DNA of 64,000 nucleotides from Escherichia coli (GTDB lineage Bacteria; Pseudomonadota; Gammaproteobacteria; Enterobacterales; Enterobacteriaceae): NCBI RefSeq assembly GCF_011045215.1, contig NZ_CP049201.1; one strand, 5' to 3'. Shown piece by piece: positions 54,905 to 64,000 of this stretch (position 1 is its first letter; each line of letters starts with the position of its first letter). The notes under the pieces were generated by a model. It saw only the letters and a program-made list of their open reading frames with translations, ran no database searches and was not told where the DNA came from. The position numbers and the translations under genes were made by a program.

Positions 54905-55011
54905 ACTGTTTCTCAAATATGGAACGATGAACGAGAAGGGAGATAACTTTTATAGTAACACACGGAGGAGAGGAGGCTGTCTCTCATCCGCGTGCTTTAA
55001 GCGAGGCAATT

Positions 55012-55485
55012 TTATACGCGAGGGCGCTTGCGGTACAACCATAATCCAGGAATGGAAAGACCGATAGATAACGCACCAACAATCGATGAAGCTGTAAGAA
55101 AGTTGGTTAACAAGGTAATCATCAACGGTTCGCTGTAACCTAGCTGGCTGATTTTTACCGCCGAAATCATTGCGGTATAAGCCGATATGCCCGGGAACAT
55201 AGGGATAACGGCCGCCACGGTAAACACTTTCGGATGCGCCAGATACCAGCGCGACCATTGAATACCAATGGTGCCGACCAGCATAGAAGCCATAAAGGTT
55301 GACCACTCAATATTCAACCCGCTGGTCATCAAGATCATTCGGGAACCATGACCTATCGAGCCAAGCAGCGCACACCAGCGTAACGCCCGCACGGGAACGT
55401 TGAACACCATCGCAAAGCCGACCGCTGGAATGGCGGCGAGGATCATATCCTGCGCCAATGCAAACAGAAATTCGATCACACCCAT
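55012..55485 (-). CDS. yjjB: ThrE-family exporter small subunit-like membrane protein
   Basis: ORF 55012..55500 trimmed to [10 protein letters not shown]... (157 aa); overlaps yjjP. Confidence 0.8.
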   Translation of the reverse strand: MGVIEFLFALAQDMILAAIPAVGFAMVFNVPVRALRWCALLGSIGHGSRMILMTSGLNIEWSTFMASMLVGTIGIQWSRWYLAHPKVFTVAAVIPMFPGISAYTAMISAVKISQLGYSEPLMITLLTNFLTASSIVGALSIGLSIPGLWLYRKRPRV

Positions 55486-56246
55486 CCGCGTAGCCCCCAA
55501 ATCGTCAGTGCCATCACCACGCCGACGCAGGTAGCCAGTGTCAGCAGACTGGCGATCGCCCAGCGTGCCAGTCCGGTATTGATGTGGCCTTTAAACATAT
55601 CGGCGACGGCATTAATCAACGGAAAGCCCGGAACCAGCAGCAGAACGCTGGCGGCCATCGCAATGGTGGGGGTATTGCTGAAAGTGGGGAGTTGCAAAAG
55701 CAATCCGGAAATGGTGGTGGCGGCGAAAGCGGTGAGGCAAAAGTTGATTTGTGGATGAAGATGACGTTGTGCCAGCAGCTGGCGGATATACATCGCGGCC
55801 GTACTGGCAAAGAAGGTGATGACGGCACCATCCCAGCCACCGTTATTGAGTTTACAGAAACAGGCGCAAGAAAGGCCAACCATTAAGGCTACCAGCCATC
55901 TTGGGTAACGTAATGGCTGAATTTGGCTAAATCGTTTCTCTACGCCTTTGTAATCCAGCAGATGATGCTCCGCAAGAATCACAATGTGCTGGACTTCAGT
56001 CACCACATGCATATTAATGCCGCGATCGTGATTTTTACGTGTCGATGTCAGGCATTGCCCATCTTTAATAGTTGTCAGCACTATGGCGTTCGAAGAGATA
56101 GAACTTTCTACGCTGTCCATTCCCAGCGCCCGACCCAGTCGTGAGGAAAGCTCATCAACCAACGCGCTTTCCGCACCATGTTGCAAAAGAAATAATCCAC
56201 ACTGGATACAAAGCCGTGTTACGGCTCGCTGTTGCTCAGTTTGCAT
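55476..56246 (-). CDS. yjjP: ThrE-family exporter large subunit-like membrane protein
   Basis: ORF 55476..56309 trimmed to [19 protein letters not shown]... (256 aa). Confidence 0.8.
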   Translation of the reverse strand: MQTEQQRAVTRLCIQCGLFLLQHGAESALVDELSSRLGRALGMDSVESSISSNAIVLTTIKDGQCLTSTRKNHDRGINMHVVTEVQHIVILAEHHLLDYKGVEKRFSQIQPLRYPRWLVALMVGLSCACFCKLNNGGWDGAVITFFASTAAMYIRQLLAQRHLHPQINFCLTAFAATTISGLLLQLPTFSNTPTIAMAASVLLLVPGFPLINAVADMFKGHINTGLARWAIASLLTLATCVGVVMALTIWGLRGWV

Positions 56247-56865
56247 AACTCGCCCTTTGTCATAGACGTGCTGCGTATTGTTCAGATAATGAGAATCCAT
56301 TTGTATCATGAAGCACGGTTGTTTTGCGGTAGGTTAAGATCAAAATTGCGCTGATTAATCCTGGTTATCGGGAGACGCTTGGTGATAAAAAGCGAATTAT
56401 CTCTCGCCGTAAACAAACTATCGCATGAATATTATCACTATAATGAATTTATTGTTTAGCCTTTACGGGTCAGGATAATAGATAGCTGGGCGCGTTTTTT
56501 AGTGTTAACAAGTTAAAATCATCAGATTTTATTGAATAAATATTGATTGTGTGATTCCCGCATTCTGCTGGAAGAGATATCATTTAATTATAAATTAAAT
56601 GAATGAGATTTCTGTTTTTCATTAAGTATTTCTAACAACTTAATGTAGATATTTTAAATGTCTCCAGGCTATTTCACCAGGTTATCATTTGATGCTAACC
56701 TTCTGACACATGCAGTGGAGTTGTTGTGCAGCAGGAGTATGCTGATATGAAAGTGAATGCTAAGGATAATTTATTCGCTTAATCTATTAATTTGCTGGAA
56801 ACATTTAAGGAATGAATATCCTGAATAAACCATCATAATTTTTAGACAGTGGATGTGGAGGAAAT

Positions 56866-57591
56866 ATGTTGCCAGGATGCTGCAAAAATGGAATTGTTAT
56901 CAGTAAAATACCTGTTATGCAAGCAGGGTTAAAAGAGGTCATGAGGACTCACTTCCCTGAATATGAAATAATATCCAGCGCCTCTGCGGAGGACCTTACC
57001 TTATTACAATTACGTCGTTCCGGATTAGTCATTGCTGATTTAGCCGGTGAAAGTGAAGATCCACGTTCTGTTTGTGAACATTATTATTCTTTAATCTCAC
57101 AATATCGGGAAATTCACTGGGTTTTCATGGTGTCACGCTCCTGGTATTCCCAGGCAGTAGAACTGCTCATGTGCCCTACGGCGACGTTATTGTCTGATGT
57201 TGAACCCATTGAGAATCTGGTCAAGACCGTACGTTCCGGCAATACGCACGCAGAGCGTATCAGCGCCATGCTGACCTCCCCGGCAATGACTGAAACTCAT
57301 GATTTTAGCTATCGCTCCGTCATTCTCACTCTTTCAGAGCGCAAGGTACTGCGGCTATTAGGTAAAGGATGGGGCATCAACCAGATAGCTTCATTGCTTA
57401 AGAAAAGTAATAAAACTATCAGCGCCCAAAAAAACAGTGCGATGCGTCGACTGGCAATTCACAGCAACGCTGAAATGTATGCATGGATAAATAGCGCGCA
57501 GGGTGCAAGAGAACTTAACTTGCCTTCTGTTTATGGAGATGCCGCAGAATGGAACACAGCCGAATTAAGAAGAGAAATGTCGCACTCATAG
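56866..57591 (+). CDS. yjjQ: LuxR/FixJ-family transcriptional regulator
   Basis: 241-aa ORF with C-terminal LuxR-type HTH; overlaps bglJ. Confidence 0.85.
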
Positions 57592-58226
57592 AAAAATGCG
57601 TCATGAGTAGTATCGGTATTGAGAGTTTATTCAGAAAGTTTGCGGGTAACCCTTATAAGCTCCATACCTATACCAGTCAGGAGTCATTTCAGGATGCCAT
57701 GTCGCGGATCTCGTTTGCGGCGGTCATTTTTTCTTTTTCTGCCATGAGAAGTGAGCGCAGAGAGGGATTATCTTGCCTGACTGAACTGGCGATTAAGTTT
57801 CCGCGTACCCGGCGTTTAGTTATTGCGGATGACGATATTGAAGCTCGGCTGATTGGTTCATTGTCGCCATCACCGCTGGACGGTGTATTAAGTAAAGCGT
57901 CAACGCTGGAGATTTTTCATCAGGAACTCTTTTTGTCATTAAATGGTGTACGTCAGGCGACCGACCGACTGAACAATCAGTGGTACATTAACCAAAGCCG
58001 GACGTTAAGCCCGACGGAGAGAGAAATATTGCGCTTTATGTCGCGTGGCTACTCAATGACACAAATTGCCGAGCAGCTTAAACGCAATATCAAAACGATC
58101 CGTGCACATAAATTTAATGTGATGTCGAAACTGGGCGTCAGTTCTGACGCAGGGTTGTTGGAGGCCGCAGATATTCTGTTATGTATGCGGCATTGCGAAA
58201 CAAGTAATGTGTTGCATCCATATTAA
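57549..58226 (+). CDS. bglJ: LuxR/FixJ-family transcriptional regulator BglJ (RcsB partner)
   Basis: 225-aa ORF with C-terminal LuxR-type HTH ([25 protein letters not shown]). Confidence 0.85.
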
Positions 58227-58263
58227 TCCGCATGATGCCGGGTTTACTTCCCCGGCAGTGCTT

Positions 58264-59052
58264 TCATTTCAGCGTACAATCGCCACATTGCTGCACATCC
58301 GGTAAGCGATAACGCTGGCAGCAAGTGCGGCGCACCAGCAGGCCGTCGCGCAGTACCACGGTACGCCAGAGTGGATTATCTTCACCGGTAGTAAGCGTTT
58401 TCTCAAAAAAGAGGGCATGGCGCAGCGATTCAACCGTCGCCTCGCCGAGCAGTTGCTTCATCTCAGTAAGATACCAGTTGATCAAATAACCGGTATTACT
58501 CCAGATAAGTTTGCCGTTGATCTCTCCGGTCGCTTCTAGTGCCTGCACAACCGGAACCAGCGCCTGGCTGATTAACGTTTCCATTCGCTGCTGCGGCGAA
58601 TGTGGTGTTGCGTTTTTATCTTCACATACATCGACCCAGAAACAAGCGGCGCGTCCGGTTTCATGAAACTCAACGTGAAAATGTTCCGGCGACACATCTA
58701 ATGCTTTTTCCTGCGTCAGTAGCGCCAGCATTAATGGTGGCACCATCAGGCCGATATACCATTGTGCCCATAGTGAGATCAGCGGTTTGTTCTCGCGGAT
58801 CATCGTAGGTTGGTTGCGATAGATATGATCGGAATAGACCGCCAGTAGAGAACTTAGCGCATTCGGTGATGACCATTGCGCCAGCGTCATGGCGTTAAGC
58901 GGAGCGGGTTCATCCAGGCGGATAAACTCCAGCAAATGTTCACGATGTTCGGCGATCGTCGCACGTACGGCTTGTGCAAGCCTAGCATCCTGTGGCTGGA
59001 GATGCGTTCGCCAGATGATATCTTCATAGAGCGGTGCGGAACGATAGGCCAT
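58264..59052 (-). CDS. fhuF: Ferric-siderophore reductase (2Fe-2S)
   Basis: 262-aa ORF with C-terminal C-C-x-C...C cluster motif (RRTCCQRYRLPDVQQCGDC). Confidence 0.9.
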   Translation of the reverse strand: MAYRSAPLYEDIIWRTHLQPQDARLAQAVRATIAEHREHLLEFIRLDEPAPLNAMTLAQWSSPNALSSLLAVYSDHIYRNQPTMIRENKPLISLWAQWYIGLMVPPLMLALLTQEKALDVSPEHFHVEFHETGRAACFWVDVCEDKNATPHSPQQRMETLISQALVPVVQALEATGEINGKLIWSNTGYLINWYLTEMKQLLGEATVESLRHALFFEKTLTTGEDNPLWRTVVLRDGLLVRRTCCQRYRLPDVQQCGDCTLK

Positions 59053-59067
59053 AATCGGGATAGTAAT

Positions 59068-59180
59068 CTAAATGATAATGATTGCTAATCCTAGCGATAG
59101 GTTTACCCGATAGCAAGGGATTTCTCTGGCTTGCAAATGATAAAAATTATCATATGATATTGGTTATCATTATCAATGAA
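59068..59180. promoter_or_regulatory. Fur-box-like sites in the fhuF / yjjZ divergent promoter region
   Basis: aaatgataatgattgctaa, gataaaaattatcat and ggttatcattatcaat all resemble the GATAATGATAATCATTATC Fur consensus. Confidence 0.6.
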
Positions 59181-59192
59181 AGAGATGAAACC

Positions 59193-59429
59193 ATGTTGCA
59201 ACGTACGCTGGGCAGTGGCTGGGGAGTGTTGCTGCCGGGATTTCTGATTGCAGGGCTGATGTATGCGGATTTATCGCCGGATCAATGGCGGATTGTCATT
59301 CTGATGGGATTAGTATTGACACCGGTGATGCTGTATCACAAACAGTTACGGCATTACGTTTTGCTACCATCGTGCCTGGCGCTTATTGCTGGCATCATGC
59401 TGATGATAATGAATTTGAATCAGGGATGA
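59193..59429 (+). CDS. yjjZ: Small inner-membrane protein (DUF1435)
   Basis: ORF 59082..59429 trimmed to MLQRTLGSGWGVLLPGFLIAGLMYADL... (78 aa). Confidence 0.75.
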   Translation: MLQRTLGSGWGVLLPGFLIAGLMYADLSPDQWRIVILMGLVLTPVMLYHKQLRHYVLLPSCLALIAGIMLMIMNLNQG

Positions 59430-59467
59430 AAAATCAAGGAAGAAACAAGAAAGGAAGTAAAGATAAT

Positions 59468-59554
59468 TGGTGCGAGGGGGGGGACTTGAACCCCCACGTC
59501 CGTAAGGACACTAACACCTGAAGCTAGCGCGTCTACCAATTCCGCCACCTTCGC
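59468..59554 (-). tRNA. leuV: tRNA-Leu (anticodon CAG)
   Basis: Reverse complement reads GCGAAGGTGGCGGAATTGGTAGACGCGCTAGCTTCAGGTGTTAGTGTCCTTACGGACGTGGGGGTTCAAGTCCCCCCCCTCGCACCA, an 87-nt type II tRNA with long variable arm and encoded CCA. Confidence 0.93.
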
Positions 59555-59690
59555 ATACCATCAATTCTTAAAAAGAATTGCTACCACGGAGGCGCATTCT
59601 AGTGGTTTTCAGCTTTTCGTCAATAGTTAATTATCGACGGAGGTGTAATTGCTGGAAAAATGTCCATCAGGAGACTAACGTGCAGGTTTT

Positions 59691-59846
<156 letters not shown>

Positions 59847-59854
59847 CGAGATAA

Positions 59855-60886
59855 TTAACCTTTCTTCGCCTGGCGGGTCATAATGGCGCGATACACCTTG
59901 AAGCGCCCGGTTTGCGCGATAACTTCATGGAAGCCAAATGTCTCATCCAGCACGTCCGGGTAAGGCAGGAAGGCGTTCGCTACAATTCGCAGCTCGCCGC
60001 CGCTATTAAGATGACGCACCGCGCCGCGAATCAGCGTTTGCGCCGCATCCAGGCTGGTTTGCATCCCATCGTGGAACGGCGGGTTGGAGATGATCATATC
60101 AAAACGACCTTTCACCTCGGAAAAGACGTTGCTGGCAAAGACTTCACCTTCAACGCCGTTGGCGGCAAGTGTTGCGCGGCTGGCTTCTACCGCTGGCGCA
60201 GAGACATCGCACAAGGTGAGACGAATTTTCGGCGAATGGCGCGCAAAGGCAACTGAAAGCACACCCGCGCCACAGCCGACATCCAGCACTTTACCTTTCG
60301 TGTGCGGAGTTAACGTTGAGAGCAGCAACTGGCTACCGACATCCAGACCGTCGCGGCTAAACACGCCAGGCAGCGTTTTGACCGTCAGGCCATCGACGCT
60401 GTATTCGCCCCAGAATTTATCGGCATCAAATACCGGCTGTTTTTCCAGACGACCAAAATAGAGTCCACAGCGACGAGCGCTGTCGACTTTATTCAACGGC
60501 GCATAATCTGCCAGCATCTGCTCGGCGCTGCGCACGCCGCTGCGGTTCTCGCCAACGACAAAAATATCTGTCCCCACTGGCAGCAGAGAAAGTAAATTCA
60601 TCAACTGGAACTGGGCTTCCGGTTTGTTCTTCGGCCAGTAGTAAATCAGCGTATCGCAATCTGCGACGTCATCCGCCGTGGCGACCAGACTAAAACGGGC
60701 GTTATCCCCCATCTGGCGGCTTAACACCTGCCAGTGGTGGAATTGCTGGGTATGAGCACGGCTGGCCGCGGTATCTAAACGCGCGGGCAGGTCATCCTGT
60801 AAGTCTCCGGCAAACAGAATACGGCTTTGTTCGAAATCATCACTGTGACGCAGCAAGACTTCACTTGCCGGGGTAAATGCAGACAT
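59855..60886 (-). CDS. rsmC: 16S rRNA (guanine1207-N2)-methyltransferase
   Basis: 343-aa ORF with SAM-binding motif ([11 protein letters not shown]) and NPPFH catalytic motif. Confidence 0.9.
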   Translation of the reverse strand: MSAFTPASEVLLRHSDDFEQSRILFAGDLQDDLPARLDTAASRAHTQQFHHWQVLSRQMGDNARFSLVATADDVADCDTLIYYWPKNKPEAQFQLMNLLSLLPVGTDIFVVGENRSGVRSAEQMLADYAPLNKVDSARRCGLYFGRLEKQPVFDADKFWGEYSVDGLTVKTLPGVFSRDGLDVGSQLLLSTLTPHTKGKVLDVGCGAGVLSVAFARHSPKIRLTLCDVSAPAVEASRATLAANGVEGEVFASNVFSEVKGRFDMIISNPPFHDGMQTSLDAAQTLIRGAVRHLNSGGELRIVANAFLPYPDVLDETFGFHEVIAQTGRFKVYRAIMTRQAKKG

Positions 60887-60988
60887 GGAATGCTCCTCAA
60901 TTGATACTGGCGGCGATTATAGCCATATGTTGGCGCGGTATCGACGAATTTGCTATATTTGCGCCCCTGACAACAGGAGCGATTCGCT

Positions 60989-61402
60989 ATGACATCCCGA
61001 CGAGACTGGCAGTTACAGCAACTGGGCATTACCCAGTGGTCGCTGCGTCGCCCCGGCGCGTTGCAGGGGGAGATTGCCATTGCGATCCCGGCACACGTCC
61101 GTCTGGTGATGGTGGCAAACGATCTTCCCGCCCTGACTGATCCTTTAGTGAGCGATGTTCTGCGTGCATTAACCGTCAGCCCCGATCAAGTGCTGCAACT
61201 GACGCCAGAAAAAATCGCGATGCTGCCGCAAGGCAGTCGCTGCAACAGCTGGCGGTTGGGTACTGACGAACCGCTATCACTGGAAGGCGCTCAGGTGGCA
61301 TCACCGGCGCTCACCGAATTACGGGCAAACCCAACGGCACGCGCCGCGTTATGGCAACAAATTTGCACATATGAACACGATTTCTTCCCTCGAAACGACT
61401 GA
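60989..61402 (+). CDS. holD: DNA polymerase III psi subunit
   Basis: 137-aa ORF (MTSRRDWQLQQLGITQW...); overlaps rimI. Confidence 0.9.
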   Translation: MTSRRDWQLQQLGITQWSLRRPGALQGEIAIAIPAHVRLVMVANDLPALTDPLVSDVLRALTVSPDQVLQLTPEKIAMLPQGSRCNSWRLGTDEPLSLEGAQVASPALTELRANPTARAALWQQICTYEHDFFPRND

Positions 61403-61817
61403 TTTACCAGCGGCTTACCACATTGAACAACGCGCCCACGCCTTTCCGTGGAGTGAAAAAACCTTTGCCAGCAACCAGGGCGAGCGTTATCTCAACTTTC
61501 AGTTAACGCAAAACGGCAAAATGGCGGCGTTTGCGATTACGCAAGTGGTGCTGGATGAAGCTACATTGTTCAATATTGCGGTCGATCCTGACTATCAGCG
61601 TCAGGGATTGGGAAGGGCGCTGCTGGAACATCTGATCGACGAACTGGAAAAACGCGGCGTGGCGACACTATGGCTGGAAGTCCGTGCCTCAAATGCTGCC
61701 GCCATTGCCCTGTACGAAAGTTTAGGCTTTAACGAGGCGACGATTCGCCGCAATTACTACCCCACCACGGACGGTCGCGAAGACGCCATCATCATGGCGT
61801 TGCCAATCAGTATGTAA
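61371..61817 (+). CDS. rimI: Ribosomal protein S18 alanine N-acetyltransferase
   Basis: 148-aa ORF, GNAT fold ([14 protein letters not shown]). Confidence 0.9.
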   Translation: MNTISSLETTDLPAAYHIEQRAHAFPWSEKTFASNQGERYLNFQLTQNGKMAAFAITQVVLDEATLFNIAVDPDYQRQGLGRALLEHLIDELEKRGVATLWLEVRASNAAAIALYESLGFNEATIRRNYYPTTDGREDAIIMALPISM

Positions 61818-61831
61818 GACAAGGTGGAATA

Positions 61832-62509
61832 ATGAAGTGGGACTGGATTTTCTTTGATGCCGATGAAACGCTGTTTACCTTTGACTCATTCACCGGCCTG
61901 CAGCGGATGTTTCTTGATTACAGCGTCACCTTTACCGCTGAAGATTTTCAGGACTATCAGGCCGTTAACAAGCCACTGTGGGTGGATTATCAAAACGGCG
62001 CGATCACTTCATTACAGCTTCAGCACGGGCGTTTCGAGAGCTGGGCCGAACGGCTGAAAGTTGAAGCAGGCTTGCTTAACGATGCCTTTATTAATGCGAT
62101 GGCGGAAATCTGTACGCCGTTGCCGGGCGCGGTTTCTCTGCTTAACGCCATTCGTGGCAACGCTAAAATCGGCATCATCACCAACGGTTTTAGCGCCTTG
62201 CAGCAAGTGCGTCTGGAACGGACGGGCCTGCGTGATTACTTCGATTTGCTGGTGATTTCCGAAGAAGTTGGCGTTGCCAAACCGAATAAGAAAATTTTCG
62301 ATTATGCGCTGGAACAGGCGGGCAATCCTGACCGTTCACGCGTGCTGATGGTTGGCGACACTGCCGAGTCCGATATTCTCGGTGGCATCAACGCCGGGCT
62401 TGCGACCTGCTGGCTGAATGCACACCATCGCGAGCAACCAGAAGGCATCGCGCCCACCTGGACCGTTTCTTCGTTGCACGAACTGGAGCAGCTCCTGTGT
62501 AAACACTGA
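61832..62509 (+). CDS. yjjG: HAD-family pyrimidine 5'-nucleotidase
   Basis: 225-aa ORF with HAD motif I (IFFDADETL). Confidence 0.88.
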   Translation: MKWDWIFFDADETLFTFDSFTGLQRMFLDYSVTFTAEDFQDYQAVNKPLWVDYQNGAITSLQLQHGRFESWAERLKVEAGLLNDAFINAMAEICTPLPGAVSLLNAIRGNAKIGIITNGFSALQQVRLERTGLRDYFDLLVISEEVGVAKPNKKIFDYALEQAGNPDRSRVLMVGDTAESDILGGINAGLATCWLNAHHREQPEGIAPTWTVSSLHELEQLLCKH

Positions 62510-62599
62510 TTGCCTCCCCCCCGTTGATGGGTAAAATAGCCGCAATTTTTCGTTTTCAACAAGCGCGGCGCGATGCCGCTTACTCAAGAAGAAAGAATT

Positions 62600-64000
62600 A
62601 TGACGTTGTCTCCTTATTTGCAAGAGGTGGCGAAGCGCCGCACTTTTGCCATTATTTCTCACCCGGACGCCGGTAAGACTACCATCACCGAGAAGGTGCT
62701 GCTGTTCGGACAGGCCATTCAGACCGCCGGTACAGTAAAAGGCCGTGGTTCCAACCAGCACGCTAAGTCGGACTGGATGGAGATGGAAAAGCAGCGTGGG
62801 ATCTCCATTACTACGTCTGTGATGCAGTTTCCGTATCACGATTGCCTGGTTAACCTGCTCGACACCCCGGGGCACGAAGACTTCTCGGAAGATACCTATC
62901 GTACCCTGACGGCGGTGGACTGCTGCCTGATGGTTATCGACGCCGCAAAAGGTGTTGAAGATCGTACCCGTAAGCTGATGGAAGTTACCCGTCTGCGCGA
63001 CACGCCGATCCTCACCTTTATGAACAAACTTGACCGTGATATCCGCGACCCGATGGAATTGCTCGATGAAGTTGAGAACGAGCTGAAAATTGGCTGCGCA
63101 CCGATCACCTGGCCAATTGGCTGCGGCAAGCTGTTTAAAGGCGTTTACCACCTTTATAAAGATGAAACCTATCTCTATCAGAGCGGTAAAGGGCACACCA
63201 TTCAGGAAGTCCGCATTGTTAAAGGGCTGAATAACCCGGATCTCGATGCTGCGGTTGGTGAAGATCTGGCACAGCAGCTGCGTGACGAACTGGAACTGGT
63301 TAAAGGCGCGTCTAACGAGTTCGACAAAGAGCTGTTCCTTGCGGGCGAAATCACTCCGGTATTCTTCGGTACTGCGCTGGGTAACTTCGGCGTCGATCAT
63401 ATGTTGGATGGCCTGGTGGAGTGGGCACCTGCGCCGATGCCGCGTCAGACTGATACCCGTACCGTAGAGGCGAGCGAAGACAAATTTACCGGCTTCGTAT
63501 TTAAAATTCAGGCCAACATGGACCCGAAACACCGCGACCGCGTGGCGTTTATGCGCGTGGTATCCGGTAAATATGAAAAAGGCATGAAGCTGCGCCAGGT
63601 GCGCACCGCGAAAGACGTGGTGATCTCTGACGCGCTGACCTTTATGGCGGGTGACCGTTCGCACGTTGAAGAAGCGTATCCGGGCGATATCCTCGGCCTG
63701 CACAACCACGGCACCATTCAGATCGGCGACACCTTTACCCAGGGTGAGATGATGAAGTTCACCGGTATTCCGAACTTCGCACCAGAACTGTTCCGTCGTA
63801 TCCGCCTGAAAGATCCGCTGAAGCAAAAACAGCTGCTCAAAGGGCTGGTACAGCTTTCCGAAGAGGGCGCGGTGCAGGTGTTCCGTCCGATCTCCAACAA
63901 CGACCTGATCGTTGGTGCGGTTGGTGTGCTGCAGTTTGATGTAGTGGTATCGCGCCTGAAGAGCGAATACAACGTTGAAGCAGTATATGAATCAGTCAAC
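62600..64000 (+). CDS. prfC: Peptide chain release factor 3 (RF3), 5' portion; runs off the window
   Basis: Not in the supplied track because it has no stop in the window; I translated it by hand from ATG 62600 ([41 protein letters not shown]...), a translational GTPase with G1 AGKTT and G3 DTPGH. Confidence 0.9.

Noticed and set aside
62336-63826. 496-aa minus-strand ORF
   Set aside because: Antisense to prfC, whose plus-strand translation is an unmistakable translational GTPase; the ORF track misses prfC only because it lacks a stop inside the window.

Overview
This window reads as an Escherichia coli chromosomal segment running from kptA to the 5' part of prfC, with K-12-like core synteny (yjiJ-yjiK, yjiL-yjiM-yjiN-mdtM, yjiR, hsdSMR-mrr, yjiA-yjiX-btsT, tsr, lgoTRD, opgB, yjjA-dnaC-dnaT, yjjB-yjjP, yjjQ-bglJ, fhuF, yjjZ, tRNA-Leu, rsmC, holD-rimI-yjjG-prfC). 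All gene identities rest on my recognition of the translated ORFs and on remembered K-12 gene order; no database search was run. Four blocks look accessory relative to K-12: (1) a 1746-aa intimin/invasin-type inverse autotransporter between kptA and yjiJ; (2) an AT-rich islet between yjiK and yjiL carrying a 735-aa pentapeptide-repeat protein with a C-terminal 24-bp tandem-repeat array; (3) a 697-aa single-polypeptide DUF262/DUF1524 (GmrSD-family-like) nuclease sitting between yjiS and symE, where K-12 carries mcrBC, next to a type I R-M system whose HsdS has divergent target-recognition domains and an apparently frameshifted mrr; (4) the complete hpa 4-hydroxyphenylacetate catabolic cluster between btsT and tsr. 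The strongest candidate for an undescribed system is the DUF262/DUF1524 nuclease in the defence hotspot, followed by the pentapeptide-repeat protein. Smaller observations: a frameshifted rpnD, a longer polyglutamine tract in Tsr, and a single tRNA-Leu where K-12 has three. No CRISPR array, rRNA, IS element or integrase was seen.
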